Of a stretch of DNA of 64,000 nt, positions 9,665 to 20,669 are shown one piece after another. Position numbers and translations under genes: made by a program. The DNA is from Minisyncoccia bacterium (lineage in GTDB: Bacteria > Patescibacteriota > Minisyncoccia > Phycocordibacterales > UBA9973): NCBI GenBank assembly GCA_038322745.1, contig JBBQGF010000001.1, positions 19,258-83,257 on the forward strand, read 5' to 3'. The notes beneath the pieces were generated by a model. The model ran no database searches. It saw only the letters and a program-made list of their open reading frames with translations, and was not told the DNA's origin. The first letter of the stretch is position 1. Each line of letters begins with the position of its first letter.

Positions 9665-10072
9665 ATGGCAAAGATTTCTGTAAACAATTTAGCTCGCGCG
9701 ATATATGAATCCTTAAAAGAAAAAGAAGGTTCATCTTTTGATTTTATTTCATCAAATGCAATAAAAATAATGCAAGATAAACATATGTTAGTAAAGAAAG
9801 ACCAAATATTAGATGCACTTCAAAAGATAGTAGATACAGATAATGGTACAATCAGAGCTCGAATAAGTACAAGGGGCAAGATAAATGATAAAGAATTAAA
9901 TGAAATCGAAGAATTTTTAATGAAGAGATATAATGCGAAAGAAGTTATTTTAGAAAAAAAAGAAAATCCAAAACTTTTAGGCGGAATAAAAATTGAAATT
10001 AAGGATGAAATAATAGATTTTACTTTAGCAAATAAATTACATCAATTACAAAATTATTTAATAACAAATTAA
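9665..10072 (+). CDS. atpH: F1 ATP synthase subunit delta (short form)
   Basis: C-terminal [24 protein letters not shown] motif; operon position. Confidence 0.88.
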   Translation: MAKISVNNLARAIYESLKEKEGSSFDFISSNAIKIMQDKHMLVKKDQILDALQKIVDTDNGTIRARISTRGKINDKELNEIEEFLMKRYNAKEVILEKKENPKLLGGIKIEIKDEIIDFTLANKLHQLQNYLITN

Positions 10073-10076
10073 TTAT

Positions 10077-11579
10077 ATGACAAAGAATCACATTGTAGAA
10101 AATTTAAGAAAACAGATAGAAAAATTCCAAGCTGATACAAAAGCTGAGAAAGTTGGTCATGTTATTGAAGTATTTGATGGAATTTCAAAAGTTTCAGGCC
10201 TTTCTGATTTGAAGGCATCAGAAATGGTTACTTTTGCGAGTGGAGCAACGGGTGTTGCACTTAACCTAGAAGAAGACTCCGTCGGTATTATTGTCCTAGG
10301 AGATTTTTCAAAAATAAAAGAAGGGGAAGAAGTTAAAGCTACAGGAAACATCCTTTCAATTCCAGTATCTGATTTACAAATCGGCCGTGTATTAAATGCA
10401 CTTGGTGAGCCTATCGATGGTAAAGGTAATATTAAAACAGATAAAAGAAGTCCAATTGAAAAAGTTGCATCTGGAGTTATGAGTCGTCAATCAGTTGACC
10501 AACCAGTTCAAACTGGTATCAAAGCTATTGATGCTATTATCCCAGTTGGCCGTGGACAGCGTGAACTTATAATAGGAGACCGTCAAACTGGTAAAACTGC
10601 TATTGCAATAGACACAATTTTAAACCAAAAAGGTCAAAATATGATTTGTGTTTATGTTTCTATTGGTCAAAAAGATTCAAAGTTGCGTAAACTTCAAACT
10701 CGTCTAGAGGAAGGTGGTGCAATGGAATACACAATTATGGTCTCAGCTGGAGCATCAGAGCCTGCATCACTCGCATACATAGCTCCATATACTGGTGTAT
10801 CTATTGCTGAATATTTCATGGATCAAGGAAAAGATGTTTTGATTATTTATGATGATCTTTCAAAACACGCTGTAGCATACCGTGAGATTTCTCTTCTACT
10901 TCGTCGCCCACCAGGCCGTGAAGCTTATCCTGGAGATGTTTTCTATTTGCACTCACGTTTACTTGAAAGAGCATGTCGTCGCAACAAAGAGTACGGGGGT
11001 GGCTCAATCACAGCTTTGCCAATTATCGAGACTCAAGCAGGTGACGTATCAGCGTACATTCCAACAAATGTTATTTCTATTACTGACGGTCAAATATTTC
11101 TTGAGACAGATTTGTTCTACAAAGGTATCCGTCCAGCAGTAAACGTAGGACTTTCAGTTTCTCGTGTTGGATCATCTGCTCAGATTAAAGCCATGAAGAA
11201 AGTGGCTGGAACTTTGAAGCTTGACCTCGCATCATTCCGAGAGCTTGAAGCATTCTCACAATTTGGTTCAGATCTAGACGAAGGTACAAAGAAGCAATTA
11301 GAACGTGGTAAGAGAGCAGTTGAAATACTAAAACAACCTCAATATGCACCAGTTGCAACAGAAAAACAGGTTGTTATACTTTATGCCTTAGTAAAAGGAT
11401 ATGTAGATAGTATTCCACTTGATAAGATTAAGGAATTTGAAAGCGGCTTACAGGAATACGCAGAAAGAAATGCAAAAGTATTTATGAAAGAAGTTACTGA
11501 GAAAAAAATATGGTCAGATGAAGGTGAAGCAGAAATTAAAAAAGTAATAGAAGAATTCGTAGCAAGTTTTAATAAATAA
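10077..11579 (+). CDS. atpA: F1 ATP synthase subunit alpha
   Basis: [32 protein letters not shown]. Confidence 0.98.
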   Translation: MTKNHIVENLRKQIEKFQADTKAEKVGHVIEVFDGISKVSGLSDLKASEMVTFASGATGVALNLEEDSVGIIVLGDFSKIKEGEEVKATGNILSIPVSDLQIGRVLNALGEPIDGKGNIKTDKRSPIEKVASGVMSRQSVDQPVQTGIKAIDAIIPVGRGQRELIIGDRQTGKTAIAIDTILNQKGQNMICVYVSIGQKDSKLRKLQTRLEEGGAMEYTIMVSAGASEPASLAYIAPYTGVSIAEYFMDQGKDVLIIYDDLSKHAVAYREISLLLRRPPGREAYPGDVFYLHSRLLERACRRNKEYGGGSITALPIIETQAGDVSAYIPTNVISITDGQIFLETDLFYKGIRPAVNVGLSVSRVGSSAQIKAMKKVAGTLKLDLASFRELEAFSQFGSDLDEGTKKQLERGKRAVEILKQPQYAPVATEKQVVILYALVKGYVDSIPLDKIKEFESGLQEYAERNAKVFMKEVTEKKIWSDEGEAEIKKVIEEFVASFNK

Positions 11580-11580
11580 A

Positions 11581-11670
11581 AGCTGCATCAAAATATTTTT
11601 TTCTTTGGGTACTCGGATGAGGAAGGACGAGGGGCCAGACCAGCTCAGAAAATAACATTTTGATTAAGCT
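11581..11670. repeat. palindromic intergenic element with purine/GC-rich core
   Basis: AGCT..ATCAAAAT..TTCT / AGAA..ATTTTGAT..AGCT outer inverted repeat. Confidence 0.5.
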
Positions 11671-11678
11671 TAAATTAT

Positions 11679-12584
11679 ATGGCAGGCACAAAAGAAATCA
11701 AACAAAGAATAAAAAGTGTGAAGAACACAAAGAAAATCACGAAAGCCATGGAGCTCGTGGCGGCTTCAAAGATGAAGCGTGCGGTTTCTCACGCAGTGTC
11801 ATCACGTTTGTATGCTCACTACTCTTGGGATTTATTAGTTTCTTTATCCTCTAAATTAGAAGAAATTACTCATCCATTTTTTGTTGAAAATAATGAAAAG
11901 AAAAATCTTATTATTTTAATTACTTCAAATAGTGGACTTTGTGGAGCTTATAACTCTCAAGTAATAAAGAAAACTATTTCTATGTTGAGAGATATGTCAG
12001 TAATTGATTTTGATATTATTACTGTTGGTAAAAAAGGAGATGGAGCAATGCGTCGTATTGGACAAAATATTATAGCTTCTTTTATTGAAATACCTGATAA
12101 TTCTACACTTTCTGATATAATGCCACTTTCAAAAATGATTGTAGATGAATATAAAAATAATAATTATAAAAATATTTATGTTTCTTATACAGAATTTGTT
12201 TCAGCTCTAACACAAAAAGCTGAGATAAGAAAACTTCTTCCAATCTCAAAAATAGAACTAAAAGATTTTATAAAAACTATTGGTGATATAGAGACAGCCG
12301 AAGAAGTAGATATGACGACAAATGATGTACCATATATATTTGAAGGAGATACAAATACACTAATAGAATCACTTGCTGAAAAGCTCACACGAATGCAAAT
12401 ATATCAGATGATACTCGAATCAAGTGCAAGTGAACAATCATCTCGTATGATAGCCATGAAGAATGCATCAGAAGCCGCAGGAGAGATGATAGGAGACCTG
12501 ACATTAGTATTTAACAAAGCTCGTCAAGCAGGTATCACTAGAGAAATATCGGAAATAAGTGCAGGAATGGCAAGTGTCGAATAA
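11679..12584 (+). CDS. atpG: F1 ATP synthase subunit gamma
   Basis: KITKAMELVAASK, GLCGAYN, SRMIAMKNAS, RQAGITREISEI. Confidence 0.97.
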   Translation: MAGTKEIKQRIKSVKNTKKITKAMELVAASKMKRAVSHAVSSRLYAHYSWDLLVSLSSKLEEITHPFFVENNEKKNLIILITSNSGLCGAYNSQVIKKTISMLRDMSVIDFDIITVGKKGDGAMRRIGQNIIASFIEIPDNSTLSDIMPLSKMIVDEYKNNNYKNIYVSYTEFVSALTQKAEIRKLLPISKIELKDFIKTIGDIETAEEVDMTTNDVPYIFEGDTNTLIESLAEKLTRMQIYQMILESSASEQSSRMIAMKNASEAAGEMIGDLTLVFNKARQAGITREISEISAGMASVE

Positions 12585-12618
12585 ATATATTATAAAAAAT
12601 TATTATTAGTATTATTAA

Positions 12619-13980
<1,362 letters not shown>

Positions 13981-14005
13981 TATAATTAAGGATTAATAAT
14001 CAATA

Positions 14006-14452
14006 ATGTCTAAACAATTAAATTTAAAAATAGTTACACCAGAAAAGTTAATTCTTGAAGAATTAGTTGATTCAGTTACTATTCCAACTACAGAAGGTGA
14101 AATAACTATTTTACCTGAGCATGTTGCTTTGATAGCCGGACTATCTTCTGGTGATATAGTAGCTCGTTCGGGGGATGATATTATCCCAATGGCTGTTGTA
14201 GGTGGATTTATTGAAGTTAAAATAAATAAAGATAGTCGAACTGAAGTTGCAATTCTTGCTGACTTCGTAGAACGAGTAGGAGACATTACAGATAAATTAA
14301 TAGAAAAAGCAAAAAATAAGGCCGAGGAATTAAGAAAACTATCTCTAAATAATGAAGTTGTTGACTTTGAACATTTCGAAAGTGAGCTCGCTCGTTCACT
14401 GACTCGCATTAAGATAGCTGATAAATGGAAAAATAAAAAATATCGAAAATAA
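14006..14452 (+). CDS. atpC: F1 ATP synthase subunit epsilon
   Basis: LKIVTPEK, GEITILPEH, GGFIEV; last gene of the atp operon. Confidence 0.93.
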   Translation: MSKQLNLKIVTPEKLILEELVDSVTIPTTEGEITILPEHVALIAGLSSGDIVARSGDDIIPMAVVGGFIEVKINKDSRTEVAILADFVERVGDITDKLIEKAKNKAEELRKLSLNNEVVDFEHFESELARSLTRIKIADKWKNKKYRK

Positions 14453-14459
14453 CTTAGTT

Positions 14460-14496
14460 AAAAATCCCTTTGCAATTTGTGCAAAGGGATTTTTTT
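14460..14496. terminator. bidirectional terminator
   Basis: AAAAATCCCTTTGCA/TGCAAAGGGATTTTT between convergent genes. Confidence 0.8.
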
Positions 14497-14914
14497 AATT
14501 TTCTTCATATGGATATCTTATTAATTTAGATTCTTCAAAATCATTCTGAAGACCTATAGTATATACAGCTGTATCAAAAATTTGATTATATGTTATAGTA
14601 ATTGGAATTTTTTCTTTCCAATCTATATAACCGAACAATACCCAATTATTATTTATAATTAATTTAATAAGGTGATTGTAAATTCTTTTCAAATCAGCTG
14701 TAAATTCTGAATTATTAATAATAGATATATTATTAATATCAGCTGGAAACAAAACAGAGTTTATGACTACTTTATATTCAAACTCTATTTGATCTAAATT
14801 TATAAAAATACAATTCATTTCAATTTTTTCTAATTTACCTTCAGCTAAGAGAGTCCATTCTTCTAAAGATGAATCAAATTGAAAAGGTGCAGTAATCGGG
14901 ACATTTATTTTCAT
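14495..14914 (-). CDS. hypothetical protein
   Basis: ORF track; probable start at ATG 14914 (MKINVP...). Confidence 0.6.
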   Translation of the reverse strand: MKINVPITAPFQFDSSLEEWTLLAEGKLEKIEMNCIFINLDQIEFEYKVVINSVLFPADINNISIINNSEFTADLKRIYNHLIKLIINNNWVLFGYIDWKEKIPITITYNQIFDTAVYTIGLQNDFEESKLIRYPYEEN

Positions 14915-15056
14915 AATACAGGGTATTAGTAGTATGTTTATGTTTGTGAAATTTATACTAAAAATAGCACATAAAATATGTTGGGTCAAAATTATTATTT
15001 ATTTGACTATTATCATTAATTATGTTATAAACAAATAAACCAAAAACCTTTATAAA

Positions 15057-15365
15057 ATGGATAAATTTTTAAATACACCATTAACTAATCTAATTCTTGA
15101 AAGTGATAAAGTTTCTTTAGAAATTTTCCTAAAGAATTACTTGCCTAAAAAAGAGTTAGATAAAGTAACACCAGAGGATATTTTAATGTATGCAAGACTT
15201 TGTCCTAGATTAGATAAAGAAACGGAAAAAAATGAAAATCATATTTATATGATTAAAATAATCTGGCTTCTCATAGAATCTATGGAAAAAGGAATGCACC
15301 ACGGAATAATACTTTTAACTCTTTTACCAAAAGAAGTATTGTTTGATCTTTTAGAAAAAAAATAA
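15057..15365 (+). CDS. hypothetical protein
   Basis: ORF with its own TTGACT promoter at about 15004. Confidence 0.65.
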   Translation: MDKFLNTPLTNLILESDKVSLEIFLKNYLPKKELDKVTPEDILMYARLCPRLDKETEKNENHIYMIKIIWLLIESMEKGMHHGIILLTLLPKEVLFDLLEKK

Positions 15366-15590
15366 GTGATGAAAATTCTTAGTAAAACAACGCTTAATAA
15401 AATTTATTGGTTTTTCGGAATCAATATATCGATTATCTTATTATTTGTTCTCGTTTGGGTTCAAATAAACCATATGGGTAATATTGTTACTTTCCAAAAA
15501 TATATAAATGATTTATGGGAAATAGTAAAAATAACAATAATTATTTTCATATTGGCCATCATCTTTAAAAAAGTATTTATGCGTAAATAA
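15366..15590 (+). CDS. small hypothetical membrane protein (2 TM)
   Basis: abuts the previous ORF; two hydrophobic helices; terminator follows. Confidence 0.6.
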   Translation: MMKILSKTTLNKIYWFFGINISIILLFVLVWVQINHMGNIVTFQKYINDLWEIVKITIIIFILAIIFKKVFMRK

Positions 15591-15676
15591 TTTTTTTAAT
15601 AACGACAAAATGCCACTTCTATAAAAAGTTGTGGTATTTTTTTTATATATGATACACTATTTATATAAATTAATAG

Positions 15677-15793
15677 TGTATATCAAGAGCAATGGAGAGG
15701 GATTTGGCCCGTTGACCCATTCAGCAACCTGCAATATGTAAGGTGCTACCTCCAACCAGATATTATAAATAATATCGGGAAAGATAAGTTACA
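15677..15793 (+). ncRNA. SAM-I (S-box) riboswitch
   Basis: TATCAAGAG..GGAGAGGGA..TGGCCC..TGA..CAGCAACC..AAGGTGCTA..GAAAGATA consensus directly upstream of metK. Confidence 0.92.
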
Positions 15794-15814
15794 TCTCGTC
15801 CATGTAGAAAATCT

Positions 15815-15840
15815 TTCCTCATTAATAGAGGAATTTTTTA
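15815..15840 (+). terminator. riboswitch expression-platform terminator
   Basis: TTCCTC-ATTAATA-GAGGAA followed by a T tract, between the aptamer and the metK ATG. Confidence 0.65.
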
Positions 15841-15849
15841 TTATTATAA

Positions 15850-16827
15850 ATGTTAAATAAAATAAGAACTGCTGAATTTGTAAGTAAAAATCATCCAGAT
15901 AAAATTTGTGATCATATAGCAGATAGTATCCTCGATGCATACCTTGAGAATGATATTGAAAGTAGAGTAGCAATAGAAGTTATGGGTGGACATAATCTAA
16001 TAACTATAAATGGTGAAGTTACAAGTTTAGCAACTCCAAATATTGAAAAGATTATTAAAAATATAGTTGGAAGTGATTATAAAATAATTTCAAACATAGT
16101 AGTACAGAGTCCAGAAATCGCTCGTGGAGTAAATGACGGTGGTGCTGGTGATCAGGGGATTATGAAAGGCTACGCTACATCAGAGACAGTGAGTCTAATG
16201 CCACTTGAATATGAACTTGCTCGAAATTTATGTATAAAAATATTTGAAGTATATCCATACGATGGTAAAACTCAAATAACAATAGATGGTGATAATATTT
16301 TAACTGTTGTTGCAAGTTTTCAAAATACAAATAGTTTAGAATTGTTTAAATTAGTAAAAAATATTATTGAAGATGATGCAAGTCATAAATTAGGATTAAG
16401 TAAAATTGATTATTATATAAATCCATCTGGAGAATGGAAACAAGGTGGATTTAATGCTGATACTGGTCTTTCTGGACGTAAATTAATAGTAGATAATTAT
16501 GGACCAGAGATAACTATAGGGGGAGGCTCATTTTCAGGTAAAGATTATACCAAAGTTGACCGTTCAGGGGCCTATATGGCCCGTAAAATCGCCGTAGATC
16601 TACTTAAAAAGCATAAAGCGAGTGAAGTTCATACAAAGCTCGCTTATGCTATAGGCAAGCCCGAGCCAGTCATGGCAGTAGCCATAATTGATGATAAAGA
16701 AATCATAATCGAAGGCTATGATCTAACCCCACAAGGTATTCGTAATTTCCTAAAACTCAACTCTCTTAAACTCTCCTCCACCTCTGATTGGGGTCATTTT
16801 GGTAGGGGATTTGAGTGGGATATGTAA
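15850..16827 (+). CDS. metK: S-adenosylmethionine synthetase (compact)
   Basis: HPDKICD, GAGDQG, DGKTQ, GGGSFSGKD.TKVDRSGAY. Confidence 0.96.
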   Translation: MLNKIRTAEFVSKNHPDKICDHIADSILDAYLENDIESRVAIEVMGGHNLITINGEVTSLATPNIEKIIKNIVGSDYKIISNIVVQSPEIARGVNDGGAGDQGIMKGYATSETVSLMPLEYELARNLCIKIFEVYPYDGKTQITIDGDNILTVVASFQNTNSLELFKLVKNIIEDDASHKLGLSKIDYYINPSGEWKQGGFNADTGLSGRKLIVDNYGPEITIGGGSFSGKDYTKVDRSGAYMARKIAVDLLKKHKASEVHTKLAYAIGKPEPVMAVAIIDDKEIIIEGYDLTPQGIRNFLKLNSLKLSSTSDWGHFGRGFEWDM

Positions 16828-16899
16828 GTCAATTAATAATTTATAATTATTAATTAAGATATTATTGTAAAAAGCTCAATTTTATGGGATAATTTTTAT

Positions 16900-17247
16900 A
16901 TGTCAGATATAAATGAAGTAACTAAAAAATTATTAAAATTTCGTAAAGAAAGAGATTGGAAGCAATTTCATAACCCAAAAGATATGGCTATATCACTTTC
17001 GCTTGAAGCGTCTGAAGTATTGGAACACTTTCAATGGAAATCTAAAGAGGAAATAGATTCATATATAAAAACACACAAAGAACATATCGGGGAAGAATTA
17101 GCTGATGTTTTTTCTTGGGTTATATTTATGAGTAATGATCTTAAAATTAATATCATTGATGCATTAGATAAAAAGATTGATAAAAATATAGTAAAATACC
17201 CAATTGAAAAAGCTAAAGGACGACATATAAAATATAATCAATTATAA
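16900..17247 (+). CDS. MazG-like nucleotide pyrophosphohydrolase (dCTP pyrophosphatase type)
   Basis: RDWKQFHNPKD..SLSLEASE.LEHFQW..EELADV. Confidence 0.9.
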   Translation: MSDINEVTKKLLKFRKERDWKQFHNPKDMAISLSLEASEVLEHFQWKSKEEIDSYIKTHKEHIGEELADVFSWVIFMSNDLKINIIDALDKKIDKNIVKYPIEKAKGRHIKYNQL

Positions 17248-17266
17248 ATAGTAATTTAATACTAAT

Positions 17267-17506
17267 ATGAAAACAAATACAAAAAAACTATACAAGAGTA
17301 AAGACAATAAGGTTATTTGGGGAGTAATTGGAGGGATAGGAGAATATTTTGAGGTAGATCCTGTTATATTAAGAGTTGGATATATTTTAATATCAGTATT
17401 TACTGCTATATTTCCTGGATTAATTGCTTACATTTTAATAGCTCTTGTTATACCAAATAAAAAAGAAGGAGCTTATGTTGAAGCTGAAACTACAAATGAT
17501 AAATAA
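17267..17506 (+). CDS. pspC: PspC domain membrane protein
   Basis: KLYKS..NKVIWGVIGGIGEYF.VDP..LR..AYIL..LVIP. Confidence 0.88.
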   Translation: MKTNTKKLYKSKDNKVIWGVIGGIGEYFEVDPVILRVGYILISVFTAIFPGLIAYILIALVIPNKKEGAYVEAETTNDK

Positions 17507-17526
17507 AATATTATAGTATAATTAGA

Positions 17527-17838
17527 ATGAATTCATTGGAATTTTTGAGACAATTTAGGTTTGCTGGATATGCAATATTTGATATTGCTGTTTCTTTTGG
17601 TGGAATTTATTTACTATCTAGTTTTTTAACAAAAATTTTTGTTAAATTTAAAATTTTCGTACCTAAAAATAATTGGGTGTTTTTAACATTACCTATCGGT
17701 ATTTTAGTTCACATATTATTTAATACTATGACTCCAATGACTGTAAATTTTCTAGATTTGTATAGTAATTACATTTTAAAAATAATTATTATTGGTTTTC
17801 TGGTTCTTGGTTTAAGAAATACTAAAATTATAAAATAA
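17527..17838 (+). CDS. hypothetical membrane protein
   Basis: three hydrophobic segments; in an apparent operon. Confidence 0.7.
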   Translation: MNSLEFLRQFRFAGYAIFDIAVSFGGIYLLSSFLTKIFVKFKIFVPKNNWVFLTLPIGILVHILFNTMTPMTVNFLDLYSNYILKIIIIGFLVLGLRNTKIIK

Positions 17839-17844
17839 TTATAT

Positions 17845-18408
17845 TTATTTTATTCTATTTATATTTTCAGAAATTTCCGACAATAAAGGATTTTCTGGCC
17901 AAATATCATTTAGGGCTTTGTATAATTTTTTATAGTTATTCATAGTTGCTTCTTTACCTCTTGCAAACCTATTAAAAACAGTATCGCCAACCAAACCATA
18001 ATCATCTGCAGTTTCTGAAATATTACTTAGTATATCTGCTGATTTAATTAGCAAAGTATCTTTATCCATGTCTTTAATATGGATTAGGTTTTCTTCTCTT
18101 GTAGCTTCCCATGATAATGATTTATTATCTGAAACACTAAGAACAAGTTCCGTGACCTTTCTACCAAATTTCTCTTCTATAATTTCTTTTGTTATCTTAC
18201 TTGTTTCTATACTATCTTCTATTGTGTCATGTAATATACCTGCTATTATTACATCTTCATTTGCTCCATTTAAAGAAAGTATCAATCCTACTGTAAGAGG
18301 ATGTAATATATAGGGAATATCCTTGCCTTTTCTTTTCTGTTTTTGTTTAATTTCATGAGTATCTATAGCAAAAGAAATTGCTTTCTTTATTTTAGTTGTA
18401 TATGTCAT
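17845..18408 (-). CDS. HD-domain protein, RelA/SpoT-hydrolase-like (small alarmone hydrolase / Mesh1-like)
   Basis: H..QKRK..PYILHP, AGILHDTIED, IKSADILSN. Confidence 0.85.
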   Translation of the reverse strand: MTYTTKIKKAISFAIDTHEIKQKQKRKGKDIPYILHPLTVGLILSLNGANEDVIIAGILHDTIEDSIETSKITKEIIEEKFGRKVTELVLSVSDNKSLSWEATREENLIHIKDMDKDTLLIKSADILSNISETADDYGLVGDTVFNRFARGKEATMNNYKKLYKALNDIWPENPLLSEISENINRIK

Positions 18409-18507
18409 ATATTGATATTAACATTATAATCAAAAAAAATCATTTTGTTGAATTTACTCTTGAGTAGATTTATTATATAGAGTATAATAAATATATTAAA
18501 AATAATT

Positions 18508-18627
18508 TTGGGTCAACGTCGTGCTAAAAGGACGGTTGCGCGATATGATTCCGCTGAATCAAAAATGGCAAAAGGAACAGGTGCTCGTAAAGAAGTAAAA
18601 AAACCTAAGAAAGTAGTAAAGAAATAA
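18508..18627 (+). CDS. small basic protein, 39 aa (not in ORF track)
   Basis: TTG start, MGQRRAKRTVARYDSAESKMAKGTGARKEVKKPKKVVKK; TATAAT at 18483; inverted repeat at 18641-18670. Confidence 0.6.
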   Translation: MGQRRAKRTVARYDSAESKMAKGTGARKEVKKPKKVVKK

Positions 18628-18697
18628 TATTCTTTTAATTATAACCCCTTGATTTACATCAAGGGGTTATAATATGATACAATAATAAAACAAATAT

Positions 18698-19123
18698 ATG
18701 AACAAGCTATTTATATTTAATTATATTAATTTTTTTTCTCGACCAAGGAAAAAAAGAGTTATAAAGAAAAAACCAAATACTAAATATCTAAAATATAAGG
18801 AGCAAACTCGTAAATTAATAGCAGAGAGACTCGTTTTTTGGAATCAATTTTATGGATTTACATATAATAAAGTATTTATTAAAAATCAGAAAACAAGATG
18901 GGGAAGTTGCTCTAAAAAAGGAAATCTCAATTTTAGTTATAGAATAATATTCCTACCACAAGAATTGGTGGATTATATCGTAGTACATGAATTATGTCAT
19001 TTAGGAGAGTTTAATCATTCAAGTAAATTTTGGGTTCTTGTTACAAAGACTATTCCAAACTATAAAAAATTAAAGAATGAGCTAAAGAATAAAGGTGCTT
19101 TATATACTAATATTAAAAATTAA
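18698..19123 (+). CDS. YgjP/DUF45-like zinc metallopeptidase-family protein (short form)
   Basis: QKTRWGSCS, DYIVVHELCHL..NHS..FW. Confidence 0.88.
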   Translation: MNKLFIFNYINFFSRPRKKRVIKKKPNTKYLKYKEQTRKLIAERLVFWNQFYGFTYNKVFIKNQKTRWGSCSKKGNLNFSYRIIFLPQELVDYIVVHELCHLGEFNHSSKFWVLVTKTIPNYKKLKNELKNKGALYTNIKN

Positions 19124-19167
19124 TAATCTAATAGTTTTTTTAATTAAAAGTTATATAATATTACTAT

Positions 19168-20052
19168 ATGAATATCTCAATAATAGGAGCTTCGGGATTT
19201 GTAGGGAAAAACCTAATTTATTCACTTCTTTTAAATACAAATCATAATATAATTGCGATAGCTCTAGATACAGAAAAAATTAATATTGAGGAAAAATATA
19301 AAAATAGAGTTAAACTATTAAATACTGATGTATTTGATTCAACTAAACTAAAAATAAATTTGGCTGGTACTGATGTTGCATTTTATTTAATACATATGCT
19401 AGATAGTCATGGTGGTTTTTATAATAAAGAAAGTGAAGCAGCAAATATTATTGGAAAAGCATTGAAAGATAATAAAGTAAAGAAAATAATATATATGAGT
19501 GGACTAGGTAAAGATAGTGATAAGCTTTCAGAACATTTAGCTAGTAGGCATAATACAGGTAAAATTTTAAATGAATATTTACCTACAATTGAATTTAGGG
19601 CTTCTATGATTATAGGGGAAGGGAGTGCCTCCTATGAAATAGTAAAAGATATTATTAATAATGCGCCTTTCATTATTTTACCCCAAAAATCTATTACTAA
19701 CACTCAGCCTATAACAAAAAAAGATGCTATATCATATTTATGTTCTGCAATTAATTTAAATATACATAAAAGCATTATTATTGAAATAGGAGGACCTGTA
19801 GTTATGACCTATAAAGAATTTTTAGAAAAATATAATACCTGGAGTAATAGAAATATCCCAATAAAAATAATTCCATTTTTATCAGGCCAAATTGCAGGAT
19901 TTTTTCTTAATTTTTTTACTAATAAAAATAGAGCAAGGATAGGTCAAAACATGATATCAAGTTTTCAGAACGAAATGATTGTAACTAATAATATAGCATT
20001 AGAATTTTTCCCTGAAATTACAACAGAGAGAATAGAAAATGGCTTTATTTAA
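19168..20052 (+). CDS. atypical SDR NAD(P)-binding oxidoreductase (YbjT-like)
   Basis: GASGFVG Rossmann motif, AFYLIH, LSEHLASR, FRASMIIG.GSAS. Confidence 0.85.
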   Translation: MNISIIGASGFVGKNLIYSLLLNTNHNIIAIALDTEKINIEEKYKNRVKLLNTDVFDSTKLKINLAGTDVAFYLIHMLDSHGGFYNKESEAANIIGKALKDNKVKKIIYMSGLGKDSDKLSEHLASRHNTGKILNEYLPTIEFRASMIIGEGSASYEIVKDIINNAPFIILPQKSITNTQPITKKDAISYLCSAINLNIHKSIIIEIGGPVVMTYKEFLEKYNTWSNRNIPIKIIPFLSGQIAGFFLNFFTNKNRARIGQNMISSFQNEMIVTNNIALEFFPEITTERIENGFI

Positions 20053-20148
20053 TATTCATAAACCCTTAATATTTAACATGTATTTAAATGGTATTTGACT
20101 TTATTTATATATATGTTAAGGTAATACAAAACCAAAAACTTTCTAACT

Positions 20149-20553
20149 ATGCACCTTCACGAGGAAAAAAAATTCAAAAATGAAAAAGGAGAGAGTCTAA
20201 CTCTTCTTGAATTGAACAAAAAAGTAATTAATTCATTAACTTTTCATCATCAACCTGCAGTAATAGCAGTGAAAAAAGTTAGTAAATTTCAAAAACTTTT
20301 GAAAAATCGTAAAAAGCCTGTTGTTTCCGGCGAAGAAAAAAAAGAAGTGGCATTTGAAATTAATAATCAAAATATTAAATTTCAATATGCCCCTGGAACA
20401 GAGCTTGTAACAATTAGATTTACTAACGTAGAAACATTCAACAATATTAAAAATGTAGATTCTATCGTACATAAATCTAAAACTCACGAAGCAGATTATC
20501 CATTCATTGTCGCTTTACACAATAAGCACCTCAGAAAAATAGATTGGGTTTAA
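20149..20553 (+). CDS. hypothetical protein
   Basis: standalone ORF with a TTGACT promoter and terminator. Confidence 0.65.
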   Translation: MHLHEEKKFKNEKGESLTLLELNKKVINSLTFHHQPAVIAVKKVSKFQKLLKNRKKPVVSGEEKKEVAFEINNQNIKFQYAPGTELVTIRFTNVETFNNIKNVDSIVHKSKTHEADYPFIVALHNKHLRKIDWV

Positions 20554-20669
20554 TTATTCAATCTAAAAATTTAAACCTGTAAGTTATTAATTTAATTTGC
20601 AGGTTTTTCATTTGTTCATAAAGTATCTACTATCTTTTTTACCATTTTTGTGTTATTATATTTGCTTAT

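Noticed and set aside
16900-18408. MazG-like plus HD hydrolase as a toxin-antitoxin or defence module
   Set aside because: They are on opposite strands, separated by two genes, with no adjacent synthetase or toxin. Both are common housecleaning enzymes.
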